Program-made: the position numbers and the translations under genes | Assembly (NCBI RefSeq): GCF_902713615.1 | Contig: NC_052164.1 | Location: forward strand, 16,653,360-16,717,359 | From: Scyliorhinus canicula | Taxonomy: Eukaryota | Direction: 5' to 3' | Length of the DNA stretch: 64,000 nt | Shown: positions 49,916 through 63,646 of the stretch, in pieces | Numbering within the stretch: the stretch's first letter is position 1 | Layout: each line of letters starts with the position of its first letter | The notes under the pieces: model-generated | The model's input: only the letters and a program-made list of their open reading frames with translations | What the model was told of the DNA's origin: nothing | Databases searched by the model: none

Positions 49916-50221
49916 AAAAAAATGATAGAAGGTAGCGGGCCAATTGGCTACTGAACAAATATGCATGATGCATCGCTGACTCATTGGACTAAAATACTTT
50001 GCATAGGTGTGGGGTGTGGAGCAGAGAGAGAATGCATGAGATCCCACTCTTTAAAGTGTAGAAAGAAATTGGTTATTTAGTCATAGTGGAGCAGTGTGTA
50101 CCAGATGCAAGATGCACAGCAGCAACTCACCAATGCTCCTTCCACAACCGTGATCTACATCACCTAGAAGGACAAGGGCAGCAGATAAATGAGAACACCA
50201 TCACCACCTGCAAGTTCCCCA

Positions 50222-53200
50222 TCATAGAAAACAGGAGTAGGCCATTCAGCCCCTCAAGCCTGCTTCACCATCCAATGCAATCATGGCTGATCCTCTTCTC
50301 AATGCCATACTCCTGCTCTCTCCCCATACCTGTAGATGCCTTTAATATATAGAAATCTATCTATTTTCTTCTTGAGATATATTCAGTGACTTGGCTTCCA
50401 CAGCCTATCTCCTCATCTTAGTCCTAAATGACCTACCTCCTATCCTGAGAGTGTGACCCTTTGTTCTCGCACCCCCCACCCACCCAGCCAGGAGAAACAC
50501 CATCCCTGTATCCAGTCTGTCCAGCCTGTCAGAGCTTTATACTTTTCAATGAGATCCCTCCACATTCTTCTGAACTCTAGTGAATACAGGTCAGGTCAAC
50601 CCAATCTCTTCTTGTACGACAATCCTGCCATTCAGGAATCAATCTGGTGAACCTTCGCTGCACTCGCTATGAGAAGTATTATAAGGGTCCTTCCTGTTTA
50701 TTTTCTTTGTTCCTGATTCTTTTATTTTTGGTCTGTGGGTCCACAATCGGAATGTGCCTTTAAGCAGAAGACCCAGGCAGAAGCAGCCTGCTTATCAGGA
50801 TAATGTGTTCACTCTTTTTGTATTTTGGAGAGGAGAAAGAGACTCGTTGGTGCTGAGTGAATCTTAGAATCCCTACAGTGTAGTAGGAGGCCATACGGCC
50901 CATCGAGTCTGCACAGATCCATTTCCAAGCCAACTTTCCTGCCTTATCTCAGTAACCCCTTAATATAACTTACGCGTCTTTGGACACTACGGGGCAATTT
51001 AGCGTAGGCAATCCACCTAACCTGGACATCTTTGGATTGTGGGAGGAAACCGGAGAACCTGGAAACCAGAGCGCCCGAAGGAAACCCAAGCAGATACTGG
51101 AAGAAAGTGCAAACACAGACAGTCAACCCAAGGCTGGAATTGAACCCTGGTCCTTGGCGCTGTGAGGCAGCAGTGGTAACCACTGTGCCTCGTGCCGCCC
51201 AGGCTTAGGAACCAGCTTTGGGGAAAGTCAGTTTGATTGTTTGGCTGGAAACCTGTGGGTTGGCCAAGGACAGTGTTCTGCCTGCCAACAGTCAGTGATT
51301 GGCTCCTGCTTTCTGAGAGAAGCTTGGCAGAAGTGTTTAGACCTTGGTAGTGAAAGGAACAATCTCTCTCTCTCTCGTGGCTAAAACAAGTGAATGCCTG
51401 CCACATCTTTGCTGTAAACTTGAACTAATCCTGAATCTACAGAGGAAGTAGACGACCGTGCCAGAGAAAAAATATCTCAAACCTAGAAGGTATTGAAACG
51501 AAAGCTCGAACTCCAGAAAAACATCAACTAGAAGTCATCCTAGTGCAAAGATCCGTTATCCTTTCATTTTTACTAATATTTTCTTTACTTCTGAGTCACC
51601 CTGCCCCTTTGCTGTTTGTCTATGTGTGTGGAGAGTGGGGATAGCTAGAAGGGGGTGGGGGTGTTTGGAAAGGAATATTAGATAGTCAGTTACATTTTTG
51701 TCAGTTTAATTATAATACTGTGCATGATAAAAGGTTACTTGTATTAAAGTTACAAACCTGGTGACTGCAGTTTATTGGGCTCAGCCAACGAGCTCAGGTA
51801 TTTTAAAATAATATCTAATTTCACTTGTGTTGCGAATCCGGGTCACGTGGGGCTGGAATTGATGGCACACTAGTCCAGGGTGTCGTGATAGTATAACCTA
51901 TCTTAGTTAGGGAGACTAAAACTGCACACAATACTCTAGATGTTGTGTCACCAAGGCCCTGGACAACTGCATCCTTGCTTCTGTACTCAAGTCCTCTTGC
52001 AATGAAGGCCATCATACCATTTGCCTTCCTAACTGCTTGAAACACCTGCTTGCTTTCAGTGACTGGTGGACGCGGACACTCTTTGTACATTAACATACTC
52101 TGCTATTCTGTTCTTTTTACCAAAGCGAAGAACTTTGCATACTGCAGCAGCCACATATTTCTTTCACTGACACAACTCGTCAAACTGCCTTGAAGCTTTT
52201 TTTAACATCGTCCTCGCCACTCACGTCCCACCTAGTTTTGTGTCATCAGCAAACTTGGAAATGTTACATTTTGTCCCTCGTGCAAATCATTGATGTATGT
52301 TGTGACTAGCTGGGGGGGGGGGGGGGGGGGGGGGGGGGTGGTCAAGCACTGATCCCTGTTGTACCCCACTAGTCACCACCTGCCACTCTGAAAAAGATTC
52401 TTCCTATTGTCCGTTTCCTGTCTGCTAACCAATTCTCAATCATGGCAAAATTATACCCCCAATTTCACAAGCTTTAGTTTTGCACACTAGTCGCTTATGT
52501 GGGACTTAAAAGCTTTCTTAAAATCAAAATACACCATATCCACTGGTTGCTCCTTGTCTATTTTACTAGTTATGTCCTCAAAAAACACGAGGTTTGCCAA
52601 ACATGATTTCCCATTCATAAATCCATGTAGATTTTCTATAATCTGGGCGTGCATATCCACAGATCATTGAAGGTGGCAACACAAGTGGACAAGGTAGTAA
52701 TAATAATCATCATCATCATTTATTGTCACAAGTAGGCTTTAATGAAGTTACTGTGATAAGCCCCTAGTCGCCACATTCTGGCGCCTGTTCGGGGAGGCCA
52801 GTATGGGTCAAGAAAGCATACGGAGTTCTTGCCTTCATTGGACGGGGCATTGAATATAAAAACTGGCAAGTCATGCTGCAGTTGTATAGAACCTTGGTAA
52901 GGTCGCTCTTGGAATATTGCGCACAATTCTGGTCGCCACACTACCAGAAGGATGTGGAGGCTTTGGAGGGTGCAGAGGAGGTTTTCCAGGATGTTGCCTG
53001 GTCTGAAAGGTGTTAGCTATGTGGAGAGGCTGAATAGGTTGGTCTGTTTTCATGAGAAAAACAGAGGTTGAGGGGTGACCTGATAAGAGGTCTACAAGAT
53101 TATGATGGTCATTGATAGAGTGGTTGTGCAGGCACTCTTTCCCAAGGTGGAGGGGTCAGTCACCAGGGGGCATAGGTTTAAAGTCCGTGGGGCAAAGTTT

Positions 53201-55860
53201 AGACGAGACGTATGAGGCAGGTATTTTTACGCAGAGGGTGGTGAGTGCATGGAACACGTTGCCAGGGGAGGTTGTGGAAACAGATACATTAACGGCATTC
53301 AAAAGGCATCTTGACAAACGCATGGATAGGATGGGTATAGAGGGATACGGCTCTAGGAACTGCTGAGGGTTTTGGCAAAGGTTGGTATCATGACCCGTAC
53401 AGGCTTGCAAGCCGAAGGGCCTGTTCTGTGTTGTATTGTTCTCTCTTCTAATACTGGTGATATTTTCTTCATGACCTTTATAATAGACTCCAGCAATTTA
53501 TCAGCTACTGATGTCAGGCTAACCATAGGAAATAGGAACAGGAGTAGGCCATTCAACCCCTTTGAGCCTGCTTCACCATTTAATAAGATCATGACTGATC
53601 TCACACTCACTAAGTCAATTTTCCTCATCCCCGTATCCCTGAATTACTGTATTAATTAAAAACATATTGATCTCAGCCTTGAAAAAATCCAAGGACTTGG
53701 CCTCCACAGCTTTTTGGGGTAAATAATTCCAAAGATTCATCACTCTTTGAGAGAGAAATTCTTCCTCAAATCCATCTTAAATGAGCACCTCCTTATTCTA
53801 TGATTGTGCCCTTTGAGCAGTTGAAAAATCCTCCCAACGTTTATCCTGTCGAACCCCCTAAGAATCTTACGTTTCATTCATGTCATCTCTCATTCTTCTG
53901 AACTCCAAGGAGTACAGACCCAATCTGTTTAATCTTTCCTCATATGCCAGTCACTCCATACCCAGGATCATCCTGATAAACCTCCTCTTCACTGTAATTC
54001 CCTGTTTTCTCCCTCCTTCCTGCCAGGGCTATTCCAGATCTTGGATGATGACAACCAATTTCCATGGTCACCTTCTTTAGTACCCTGGGATATTGATTAT
54101 CAGGCCCTGGGGATTTATCAACTTTCATAGAATCCCCACAATGCAAAAAAGACCTTTTGGCCTATTGGGTCTGCACCTACCCTCTGAAAGAGCACCCCAT
54201 CCCCATAACCCCACCTAACCTTTTGGACACGAAGGAGCAATTAAGCACGGCCAATTCACCTAACCTGCTCATCTTTGGACTGTGGGAGGAAATCCACGCA
54301 AACACTGGAAGAACATGTAAATTCCACAGTCACCCATAATCCGGGTCCCTGGTGCTGCGAGGCAACAGTGCTAACCGCTTTGCCACTGTGCTGCCATTCC
54401 AGTCTCATTAATTTCTCCAGCACTGTTTTCCACTAGTACTAATTTCCTTCAATTCCTCCTCACGAGACCCTTGATTCCTCAGCATTTCTGGGAAGTCATT
54501 TGTTGTTTCTTCCGTGAAGACAGAACTAAAGTAGTTGTTTAATCACTCTACCACTTTCTTGTTCGCCATCATAAATTCACCCGTTTTAAACGCTAAGGGA
54601 CCTCTCTTTCTATGTACCGCTAGAGGTTTTTAGTCTGCTTTTATGTTCCTTGCAAGTTACTCCATTTTTTACCTCATAATTAGTCACTTGGTCATCCTTT
54701 GCTGAATTCTAAACTGCTCCCAATCTTGGGGCTTGCTATGTTTTCTCACAACTTCAAATGTCTTCTCTTTGGATCTACTATTATCCTTAATTTATTTTGC
54801 AAGCCATAATTGGTCTGTTTCCCGTTGTGTTTTTGCACCAGAAAAAAGCTAACTGTTGCAATGCATGCATCCATTCCTAATATGATAGCCATTGCCTACC
54901 CACCATCATGCTTTTTAATGAGGTCCCCACTATATTGTAGCCAACTCACCCCTTTGTAGCTTCCTGTTTAGATTCAGGACCCTTGTTTCGGATTGGACAA
55001 CTTCATTTCAATCCTAATGAAGAATTTATCATGCTAGTCACTCTTCCCTAATGGACGCCACACAACAAAATCATCAATTAAACCCTTCTCATTGCACAAT
55101 ACCAAATGCAGGCTAGCTTGTTCCCTCGATGCACTGGTTTAAAAAAGCATCTCACACACACTCCCAGGAATTAATCTCCCGCAGTATTATTGCTATCATC
55201 CACGATTACTGTAGCACCCTTGCTACATGCATCTCTAATTTCCTGTTTATTGCCATCCCCTATCTTACCACTCCTGCTTGGAAGCAGTTAGATAACTTCC
55301 ACTAATGATTTACACCCCATGTTGTTTCTGAGCTCCACCCAGGCTGATTCTACATCTTGATTTTCCAAGCCATTATCCTGTCTCACTGTTGTGCTATCAA
55401 ATTTTATCAACAAAAGCACCCCAGCTACTTTTTCTTTTTGCCTGTCCATCCTAAATATTGAATATACTTGGATATTCAGTTCTCAAACATGGTCACCCTG
55501 GAGAGGCTTGAACATCCCGTTGATCCAAAGAGCAGGGCCGTTGGGAGTCTTAAACTCCTGGCAGGATCACACACGATGGTAAAGTCAGAGGGGAGGAACC
55601 AGAAAAAGCACAATCCAAAACATAATTGGCATTGTTAATTTACCGACCGTATTGCAAATACTGTGCATTCAGATACAATGCGAATAAAATTATTTTAACC
55701 CCTTTGTACTACGTCCCTATTTGCTGTTCGCCCTCGTTTCCTCTGCCTCGTACTTTTGCTTTTTACTTTTCTTTAATTTCAGTTTCCCTCTTGTTCCCCC
55801 ATCCCCCCCAGGCTCCCATTCCTCTGCCATTCTAGTTTAAACCCACAGCACTAGCCGTAC
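50222..55860. mobile_element. Fragmented CR1 LINE (mainly minus) with nested CR1 3' ends (52645-53447 plus; 53525-53990 minus) and SINEs
   Basis: AVRKANGMMAFIARGLEYRSKD, KVDKSPGPD..YPRVLK and FTQRVVSAWNTLP remnants. Confidence 0.7.
50680..51890. mobile_element. Probable degenerate solo LTR (4-bp TSD gtat) within a CR1 fragment, itself containing a SINE (~50865-51200, minus)
   Basis: CR1 sequence resumes across the insert; gtat at 50676-50679 and 51891-51894; ends TATAAG...CGTGATA resemble decayed TG...CA. Confidence 0.5.
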
Positions 55861-56604
55861 ACCTCCCTAGCAGCACTGCGCGGACCTACAGCACACGGAC
55901 AACAGTGGCTCACCACCAAGGGCAATCAGGGATGGGTATCAAATGCAGGCTTAACCGGCAGTGCCCACATCCTGTGAAAGAAATTTTAAAAATGGCATGT
56001 GAATTGAGGCAATAAAGCCAGCCAAAAAAGTACAAGAACCTCAAAGCTTCTCCTTCTACAAAGTGCAAGTCACTATTTTCTTTTAAACAAATTGCAATAT
56101 ATGCCTTCAAAAATAAAAGCTATAAACTAATTGCTAACCACTCAAAAGTTCTGAGAATAAATGTCAAAATGCTCCATTGAAATCAGCGCTGAACCTGTGG
56201 TCAAATCCACTGAATGCCAAAATGATTCACGGTGGAATGTGACTGCAATGGTGTCTGGAGATTTCCCTTCAGCATTTCTGGAAACATTATTGGTAACTCG
56301 AAGCCTTTCTCAAGGAAGCAAGTGGAACACATCAATTTTGTGGCAAAGTCAGTCGCACATGAGCTGTGGAGGTCATAGGCGTGGCAAAGAAAAATGATTT
56401 GCATGATACATTCTTCATTGGATCTCAGATGTAATGATAGCTGGAATTAACAGTTTTGACACCATGGCATTTAATGATGAGAAGTTTGAAACTTTACATC
56501 TCCAACTTTCAAATCAGTGGTGAAGTTTTCCATTTGTGTAACAGAATTGCAGATGGAAGGAGAAATATTTTGAATGAAAATCAACATACACAATCAGCAC
56601 ATCA

Positions 56605-56870
56605 GTCTTGGCTCAGTGGTAGCATTTTCTCATCTGAGTGAGAAAGTCACAGGTTCAAGATCCATTCCAGAGACTCATATGTAGGCCGAAATCTTTGTGC
56701 AGCATTTCCTCATACTGTGCTATGAGACAATAATTATTTTTCTTGGCTTTGAAGATCCTATGGTACTTTTCAAAGTGGAGTTCACCTAGTGTCTGACCAA
56801 CATTTACTACTCAAGAAATGTGACAAAGCAGATGGTTTGGTCACTACCTGTTGGTTGTAGGATGTGCGCG
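56605..56870 (+). mobile_element. Ancient tRNA-headed SINE remnant (possibly DeuSINE/SacSINE-like); similar tails at ~57870-57950 and ~58695-58820
   Basis: tggctcagtggtagc...ggttcaagatcc A/B boxes; tails cagtgactaca...attggctgt.aagc.ctt. Confidence 0.45.
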
Positions 56871-56944
56871 TAAACTGACAATGTATGTAATTAGCTTGTA
56901 CACATACAAACAGGACATGTTGGCTTTGATATTGGCACTTAAGC

Positions 56945-57446
56945 TTTTTAAAAATTTAGAATATCCAAGTTTCCCCCCCCCCCCCCAATTAAGGGGCAAT
57001 TTAGCATGGCCAATTCACCTAGCCTGTGGATCTTATTGGGTTGTGGGAGTGAGACCCATGCAGACATGGAGAGAGTGTACAAACTCCACACGGACAGTGA
57101 CCCGGGGCTGGGATCGAACTCGGGTCCTCGGCGCCATGAGGCAGCAGTGCTAACAACTGCGCCATCGTGCTGCCCCTAAATATTTTTTTTTTTTACATCT
57201 ATAGAATTAATGCCTTTCATTTTTAAAAATAAATTTAGAGTACCCAATTATTTTTTCCAATTAAGTGGCAATTTAGCGTGGCCAATTCACCTAACTTGCA
57301 CATCTTTGGGTTGTGGGGGTGAAACCTATGCAGACACGCAGAGAACGTGCAAACACCACACGGAGAGTGACCCAGTGCCGGGATTCAACCCGGTTCCTCA
57401 GCGCCGTAGGCAGCAATGCGAACCACCTGTGCCACCGTGCTGCCCT
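56945..57446 (-). mobile_element. Two tandem short A-tailed SINEs; the second has a 17-bp TSD
   Basis: TSD gaa(t/c)taa(t/c)gcctttcat at 57204-57220 and 57447-57463. Confidence 0.85.
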
Positions 57447-57955
57447 GAACTAACGCCTTTCATGAACACGAACTCATACAAAACTCAGCTGCCCCTATCC
57501 TAACTCATACCAAATCTTGTTTACTAATCACTGATCGATCACAGCTCTGTATTTTACTACATTAATTATGCTGTATAAAATTGTTGTTCTTTCAGCAGCA
57601 ATACACAGAACCCGACAACTTCCTTGATTTTCTCATCAGCTTTCCTGACAAACCTGGCCTTTATCCCTTTTCCCAGGATTTTAGACCCGTCATTTACTGA
57701 TGTTTTAGCTTTCTTCACAAGGTTCTGTAGACTGTTTGTTGACTAGCATTGGCAGCTTATCCAGATCTATGATCTGACAGAATGATTGGATCCTTCAGTA
57801 GGAATGTCTCATACCAAATTTCCTCAAAAGAAACCTGGCTGGTATTGGTCCAAGGTGACTATTTTTGGGAGCTGGCTATGCACAAATTGACTGCTGGATT
57901 TCCAAGATTACAGCAGTGACTACAAGTACTTAATTGGCTGTAAATAGCTTTAAGA

Positions 57956-58693
57956 TAGAACATAGAACAGTACAGCACAGAACAGGCCCTTCGGCCCTCA
58001 ATGTTGTGCCGAGCCATAATCACCCTACTCAAACCCACGTATCCACCCTACACCCGTAACCCAACAATCCCCCTTAACCTTACTTTTATTAGGACACTAC
58101 GGGAAATTTAGCATGGCCAATCCACCTAACCCGCACATCTTTGGACTGTGGGAGGAAACCGGAGCACCCGGAGGAAACCCACGCACACAGGGGGAGGACG
58201 TGCAGACTCCACACAGACAGTGACCCAGCTGGGAATCGAACTTGGGACCCTGGAGCTGTGAAGCATTTATACTAACCACCATGCTACCCTGCTGCCCGTC
58301 ACTCAACCACTGTGGGGTGTGGGGTGGTTGGCAAAAGTGCTTCTGGTTAATATTTCAATTCAAATTCAATCCAAAAATCATGAAGTTCTGGTCATTGCCA
58401 GAGTGTGCTGGGTGGCATAGTGGTTAGCATTGCTGCATCACAGCACCAGGGACCTGGGTTCAATTCAGACCTTGGGTGAGGAGTTTGCACGTTCTCCCAG
58501 TGTCTGCGTGGGTTTCCTCCAGGTACTCTGGCTTCCTGCTACAGTCCGAAGATGTGCAGGTTAAGTGGATTGGCTGTGCTATATTGCCCCTTAGTGTCCA
58601 GGAATGTGCCGGTTAAGTGTGGTTAGGGGGTTTCTGGGATAGGGCAGGAGCCCGATTAGGGTGCTCTCAGAGGGATGGTGCAGACTCTATGAT
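57956..58693. mobile_element. Head-to-head SINE pair (57956-58297 minus long form; ~58410-58693 plus)
   Basis: tRNA heads and V-domain-like cores in opposite orientation. Confidence 0.8.
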
Positions 58694-59034
58694 TATCATA
58701 TTGCTGCTTCAAGTTTGCTGTATGCAAAATTAGCCTTTCTACAACAGTAACTACACTTCAATCACCTCATTGGCTGTGAAGCACTTGGGATACGTGGGAT
58801 TATGAAAGGCTGTAGAATCATTTTTAAATATAACCCCACAAGGACAGGGAAATCTGGAAAGTTACTTTAAACTGAATTGACAGCACAGAAACAAGACCAG
58901 AAACTTAAACCAATTGGCAGATTTAGAACAGAAGAAATGTTCAACAAACCTCCCATTGGAGTCTTGAGGTTGGAGAAACATTGGAATCATTTAATATCTG
59001 GCCACCATGGTGGGAAAACTGTAGGTTTTCTGAA

Positions 59035-59712
59035 TGGTTGTGTGGATGAGCAGAGGGATCTCGGTGTCCATGTACATAGATCCCTGAAAGTATGCACCCA
59101 GGTTGATAGGGTTGTGAAGAAGGCCTATGGTGTGTTGGCCTTTATTGTTAGAGGGATTGAGTTCCGGAGCCATGAGGTCATGTTGCAGCTGTACAAAACT
59201 CTAGTACGACCGCATTTGGAGTATTCCTATAGGAAGGACGTGGAAGCTTTGGAACGGGTGCAGAGGGGATTTACCAGGATGTTGCCTGGTATGGAAGGAA
59301 AATCTTATGAGGATAGGCTGATGGACTTGAGGTTGTTTCCGTTAAAGAGAAGGTTAAGAGGTGATTTAATAGAGGCATACAAAATGATCAGAGGGTTAGA
59401 TAGGGTGGACAGTGAGAGCCTTCTCCCACGGATGGAGGTGGCTAGCACGAGGGGACATAGCCTTAAATTGAGGGGTAATATAGGACAGACGTCAGAGGTA
59501 GGTTTTTTTTACGCAAAGAGTGGTGAGGCCGTGGAATGCCCTACCTGCAACAGTAGTGAACTCGCCAACATTGAGGGCATTTAAAACTTTATTGGATAAG
59601 CATATGGATGATAATGGCATAGTGTAGGTTAGATGGCCTTTAGTTTTTGACTTCCCATGTCGGTGCAACATCGTGGGCCGAAGGGCCTGTACTGCGCTGT
59701 ATCGTTCTATGT
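59035..59712 (+). mobile_element. CR1-type (HER1-like) LINE 3' end
   Basis: EQRDLGVHVHRSLK, LYKTLVRPHLEY, LERVQR.FTRMLPG, RLRGDLIE.YK; tail gggccgaagggcctgt...ttctatg. Confidence 0.85.
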
Positions 59713-59719
59713 GGGTGAG

Positions 59720-62024
59720 CCATCATCTTCCATCCTTCAGTAACTGGTGGCCAATCTCCTGAATTAAAACAAGCAAGGAACTTTGCAGAGTTCCCGTTTC
59801 TCAATTTGAAACTGTTTCCTTTAAATTAAAACATGGTTTAAAAATGTTTTACTCTATGCTGGGAATTAGTATCTGGTCATTTTTGTCACAACATAATTGA
59901 AAGACTGTTGTGCAATTTTCTACATTTCTCACATGGGGTTTTCCATTTTAAATGCTCCATTCCTAATGACCGTACATGGTTAGTGTTACAAAATGGGAAA
60001 GAACAAGAGTTAATTTGGGTGGCTCCTGAAGTCAGCCGGTGCAAGTCATGGCTACAGCACGAACCATGAAATTATTTGGCAATATTCTCCCTTTTTAAAG
60101 AGCTCATTCTGTTGTAGAGGTTAGAGACACAGAGTGAGGGAGGAGAGTGATACATGTAGATTTAGAAAGCTCAGCTTATGATGATTCAATATTAAGTGTT
60201 GTCTGTGAAATCTGGTGTTCTCAGTCAGGCTCAGGTCACGCAAATGCTTGGTTGATCCCTGACGCAAATCCATTAAGTGGCAGATTTCGTACAAACTTCC
60301 CCAAATGCTGAAAGTGACAAAATAACCATGATATCCTTTCTAGTGCTTCCAAGTTTTGTGCACAGACAATTCAGAGCTCACAGGTCCTTTGTATATTTAA
60401 TCACCAAGACCTAGGTTGTATTCAGGAAACCACCTCACTTTGAACTGTGGTGGTTTTGTTTGTTGCAAGTTCGCATTACCAAAAAAGATAGATAGATACA
60501 ACCATTTTTTGAAGTTGACGAGTTTATTAGAATTAATCAGCACTAATTTGTGGGATGTTAAACCACTAGTGCTCAGTTATCAAAATGTGCCTCAGTTCCA
60601 GAATGTTAAAGGCTGTTTCCACAGTAGTGTGTACAGATCCACATTTGATATCAGTAGGATACACTTGTACGAAAAATACAGATTGAGATTATGGTGCAAT
60701 TATATTGCAAGGCACTAGTTGCTGGATGAGTCCTGCATTGTACTTAGCACAAGTCATCTCAGAACTAGGACTACTTACTGAAGTTAGTGAAAATGAAATC
60801 ACTCGCTGCTGGAGGACAAAATTAAGTTTCATTATCACTTCCAGTTCAAAAAGCCATTCACTCACCCTTTTACATTCTAAATCTTGTCACATTAGACATT
60901 TTATCTCAAGCTAGCTGGCAGCAAGTCTGAAGATGCTATTAACAGTACTGCACTTGAAGCATACTTTATACCAAATTGTTATAAGAATTAGTTCCACCAT
61001 GTGCATTTGAAAAGTTGTCAAATTAATACTTCAATACATAAAATATACTGCTGGTTAATTGCCACTTGTATTGCTACAAGTCTGTGACACCAAGGGAGTT
61101 GGTAATTAAAAAGTTCTATACACTCTTATCATTACGGAACAAATACAAACTGGAATTAATTGATACCTCCCTCTATTTTTATTTGTCAAATTACAGATTT
61201 TTGTATTACAGACTGGTGTTTCTCACACACGCAAGCTCGGCCTTTCACTGCCAACAGTCACAGCGTGACTGAACAAGCTCCACAAATCAGAGCAGTGTGC
61301 AAGATTGTAATTACTGACATTAGTGACATCACATCACCTCCAAGGACATCAAAATTTACAAGTTATTGCAAACATCTGAATAGAATAGTGCATTACACTG
61401 GAAACCAAAAAGAACACTCCATGCTTTCTGAACACAAAGGAAGAACATAATAGGTATATTCGAAGGTGCTGTATGGACATAATGGTCTACTGATTTGAAT
61501 ATATGGTAAAAGAAAACTTACATTACAAATACAGAAATTCTTTTCAAAATTCATAATTGAGATTTGGTCAGAACGAACATTTAACCGCTGATTCCCATGT
61601 TAAATTAATATTAGTTACGTTTATTAGATGGGTTGTGTACTAGGTAAGTAGCTCTTTAGGAAGATTTTTCACAAAAAGACACCTAATCTATATTTTTTTA
61701 AAAATCTTTTCTCTCCAGAATATTATACAAGATTGTAGAGTCTGAAAATGAAGGAATCGCCCAGAAAAAGTTGGGTCAAAATAACTGGTGCATGCATCCG
61801 CCACCGGAATTAGAAGGGAAGAGCAAAGGGTTCATATTTTTAAAAAAAAAAGTGATTTAAGACTTAAATTTATTTTATATGGAAAAGTGTTGGCGGATTT
61901 CCTCCCATCTGATTGGAGTGGTGCGAGGAATTAATGCATCGAACTGTCACTGTTCTTGCTGTAAGTGCGATTGGTAAATGGGATTCCGGTTGGGGTTTTG
62001 TGAAGACACCTGCCAGTTACTAAT
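59720..62024 (-). other. RAB5C: Probable RAB5C 3'UTR and downstream flank (3' end not determined)
   Basis: AT-rich region with no recognisable repeats directly after the stop codon; minus-strand AATAAA at ~61870, ~61620, ~61180 and ~60525. Confidence 0.5.
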
Positions 62025-62140
62025 TTAATTACTGCAGCACTGGCTCCGACTCTGTGGACTGGTCTCCTGGAGGTCCACGCCCCTGGTTCGGCCTGAGGTT
62101 CCACCCGCATTCTGAGGTTCGTTCTTCGGCAGCTTTTTGG
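62025..62140 (-). CDS. RAB5C: Last coding exon of the Rab5-family small GTPase RAB5C (upstream exons outside the window)
   Basis: Pyrimidine-rich tract and CAG acceptor (62143-62141), phase-1 exon reading (A)[37 protein letters not shown]; matches the RAB5C C-terminus with the CCSN prenylation motif. Confidence 0.92.
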
Positions 62141-62559
62141 CTGTAAAGGGGTTTTAATAGGAGGGAAAAAAACATTACTGTATATCTTTTCCCACTTAGT
62201 CACAGCATAAAAATTCACTTGTGCACAATCTAGTGAGAAACTTCAGATGATCTTACTAGTTAACTGCCATTTACTGAGAACATGAAATGCCAATATGGAA
62301 ATTGAGGCGGAAATTAATTGTGGAGGCCTCAGGAATCAGCCTTTTCTGTTTCTGCTCGGAGATTGGGAAAAACCTTCAGATTCCATCCCCCCCACCGGAT
62401 TATCGGATTGTAACCAGGGCGTTCCTGGAAGAGCTTTTAATTAATAAAGATGCTACCACAAAAAACGGAATGCTTGCAATTAGTTTATTTGGAAAAAAAA
62501 AGCAATTCAATATTTCTCCCAAGGGACAGCAACAGCAAAATCCTGTTAATAAAATAGAG

Positions 62560-63646
62560 CTGCGTCTAAATTTTTTTTTTCTAGGGACCCACCTTTGCCA
62601 ACCGGCCAACCTTCGGGACCCATGCCGGCAGTCCTTTGGAACACGCCACATTCACTTATCTTTATGGCGAAAGGGGAGCCTGCTTGGTCCTCACGTTCTT
62701 ACTCCGATCAGGTTGATAGGAGGAGAGGGCAATGCGCACATCAGGTGCACTTTAGCCAGTTCCTTCGTGCCATCTTCACCTTTGTGAGAACGGAAAATCC
62801 AAACTCACATGTAGGTCATCATGAAGGGCAATAACAAAATGCTCGTTTTACTCAGCATTGGATACTTCTGGGAGATGCTACTCCATACTGTACACAGTCT
62901 CATGGACTTTTGAATATGCTGTCACAGATCAGGTGCAGCAGCTGAGTCTTTTCATTTGGAGTCAGTTATAAGTTAATAACGGACTCTGGGGTCTCAACCT
63001 CAAAAGGAATTTTAATCCTCCACTTTTTCAAAATCTGAAACTTTGCTCATTCGCCAGTCCTTCCCTGCATATAACACGCATGGGCTTTGCATCCTTATAT
63101 GCATTGGCATAACTGACAAAACTATACCTCAAGAAATCATCAAAATACTGCTTTGTTCCAGTGTTAAGTTTCCTCTTTGTAAGCTGTTCACCAGAGGTCC
63201 TGGAGCTCTGCACAGAGATAGCATTAGCACGGTTCTATCCTGCGGTGGATTCTCCTGAGCAGGTCTCTCAAACAGATTCAGATGAGAGATCCTGGCCATT
63301 AGGTACACTGCCTGTGTGCGTCTCTGGCCAGATTCTCTGGTCATATCTTCCTTGTAAGAAAACAATCCATTTTCACAGTTTTCCTGCCTTGCTTGCTAGC
63401 AACGCAAAGATGGAGGATGCTCTTCTCCGATTTTGTGCCAAAAGCATGTACAGGGCGCTTGACGCCAGGTGTATGTCCAAGGCATGCTGATCTGCTCACT
63501 GCTGCCACTTATGGTTGGAAGACTGCACACAGAAGCTGGTAGCAGCAGTTGGGCCCTTCCTCCTCGATCGGGACCACCATGGGAATGCCACAACCAATTG
63601 CTGTGACCATCCCACCCGCCTGCGACCCACACTTTGCAAAATCCTG
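62560..63646 (-). mobile_element. Internally deleted hAT Charlie/Buster transposon in the last RAB5C intron
   Basis: N-terminal BED-like remnant (KQYFDDFLRYSF...PMRVICREGLANE) and hATC dimerisation remnant (YPMLSK.SILLLPF..TY.CEFGFS.LTKVK..RN.L); termini resemble those of 38200-38930. Confidence 0.75.

Noticed and set aside
52311-52340. Long poly-G/C runs as functional elements or real frameshifts
   Set aside because: They lie inside repeats, and homopolymer length is unreliable in assemblies
58877-59584. 235-aa ORF as a cellular gene
   Set aside because: CR1 ORF2 C-terminal remnant with chance upstream read-through
61931-62218. 95-aa minus-strand ORF from the track
   Set aside because: Wrong frame; the splice acceptor and the Rab5 homology support the frame ending at TAA 62025
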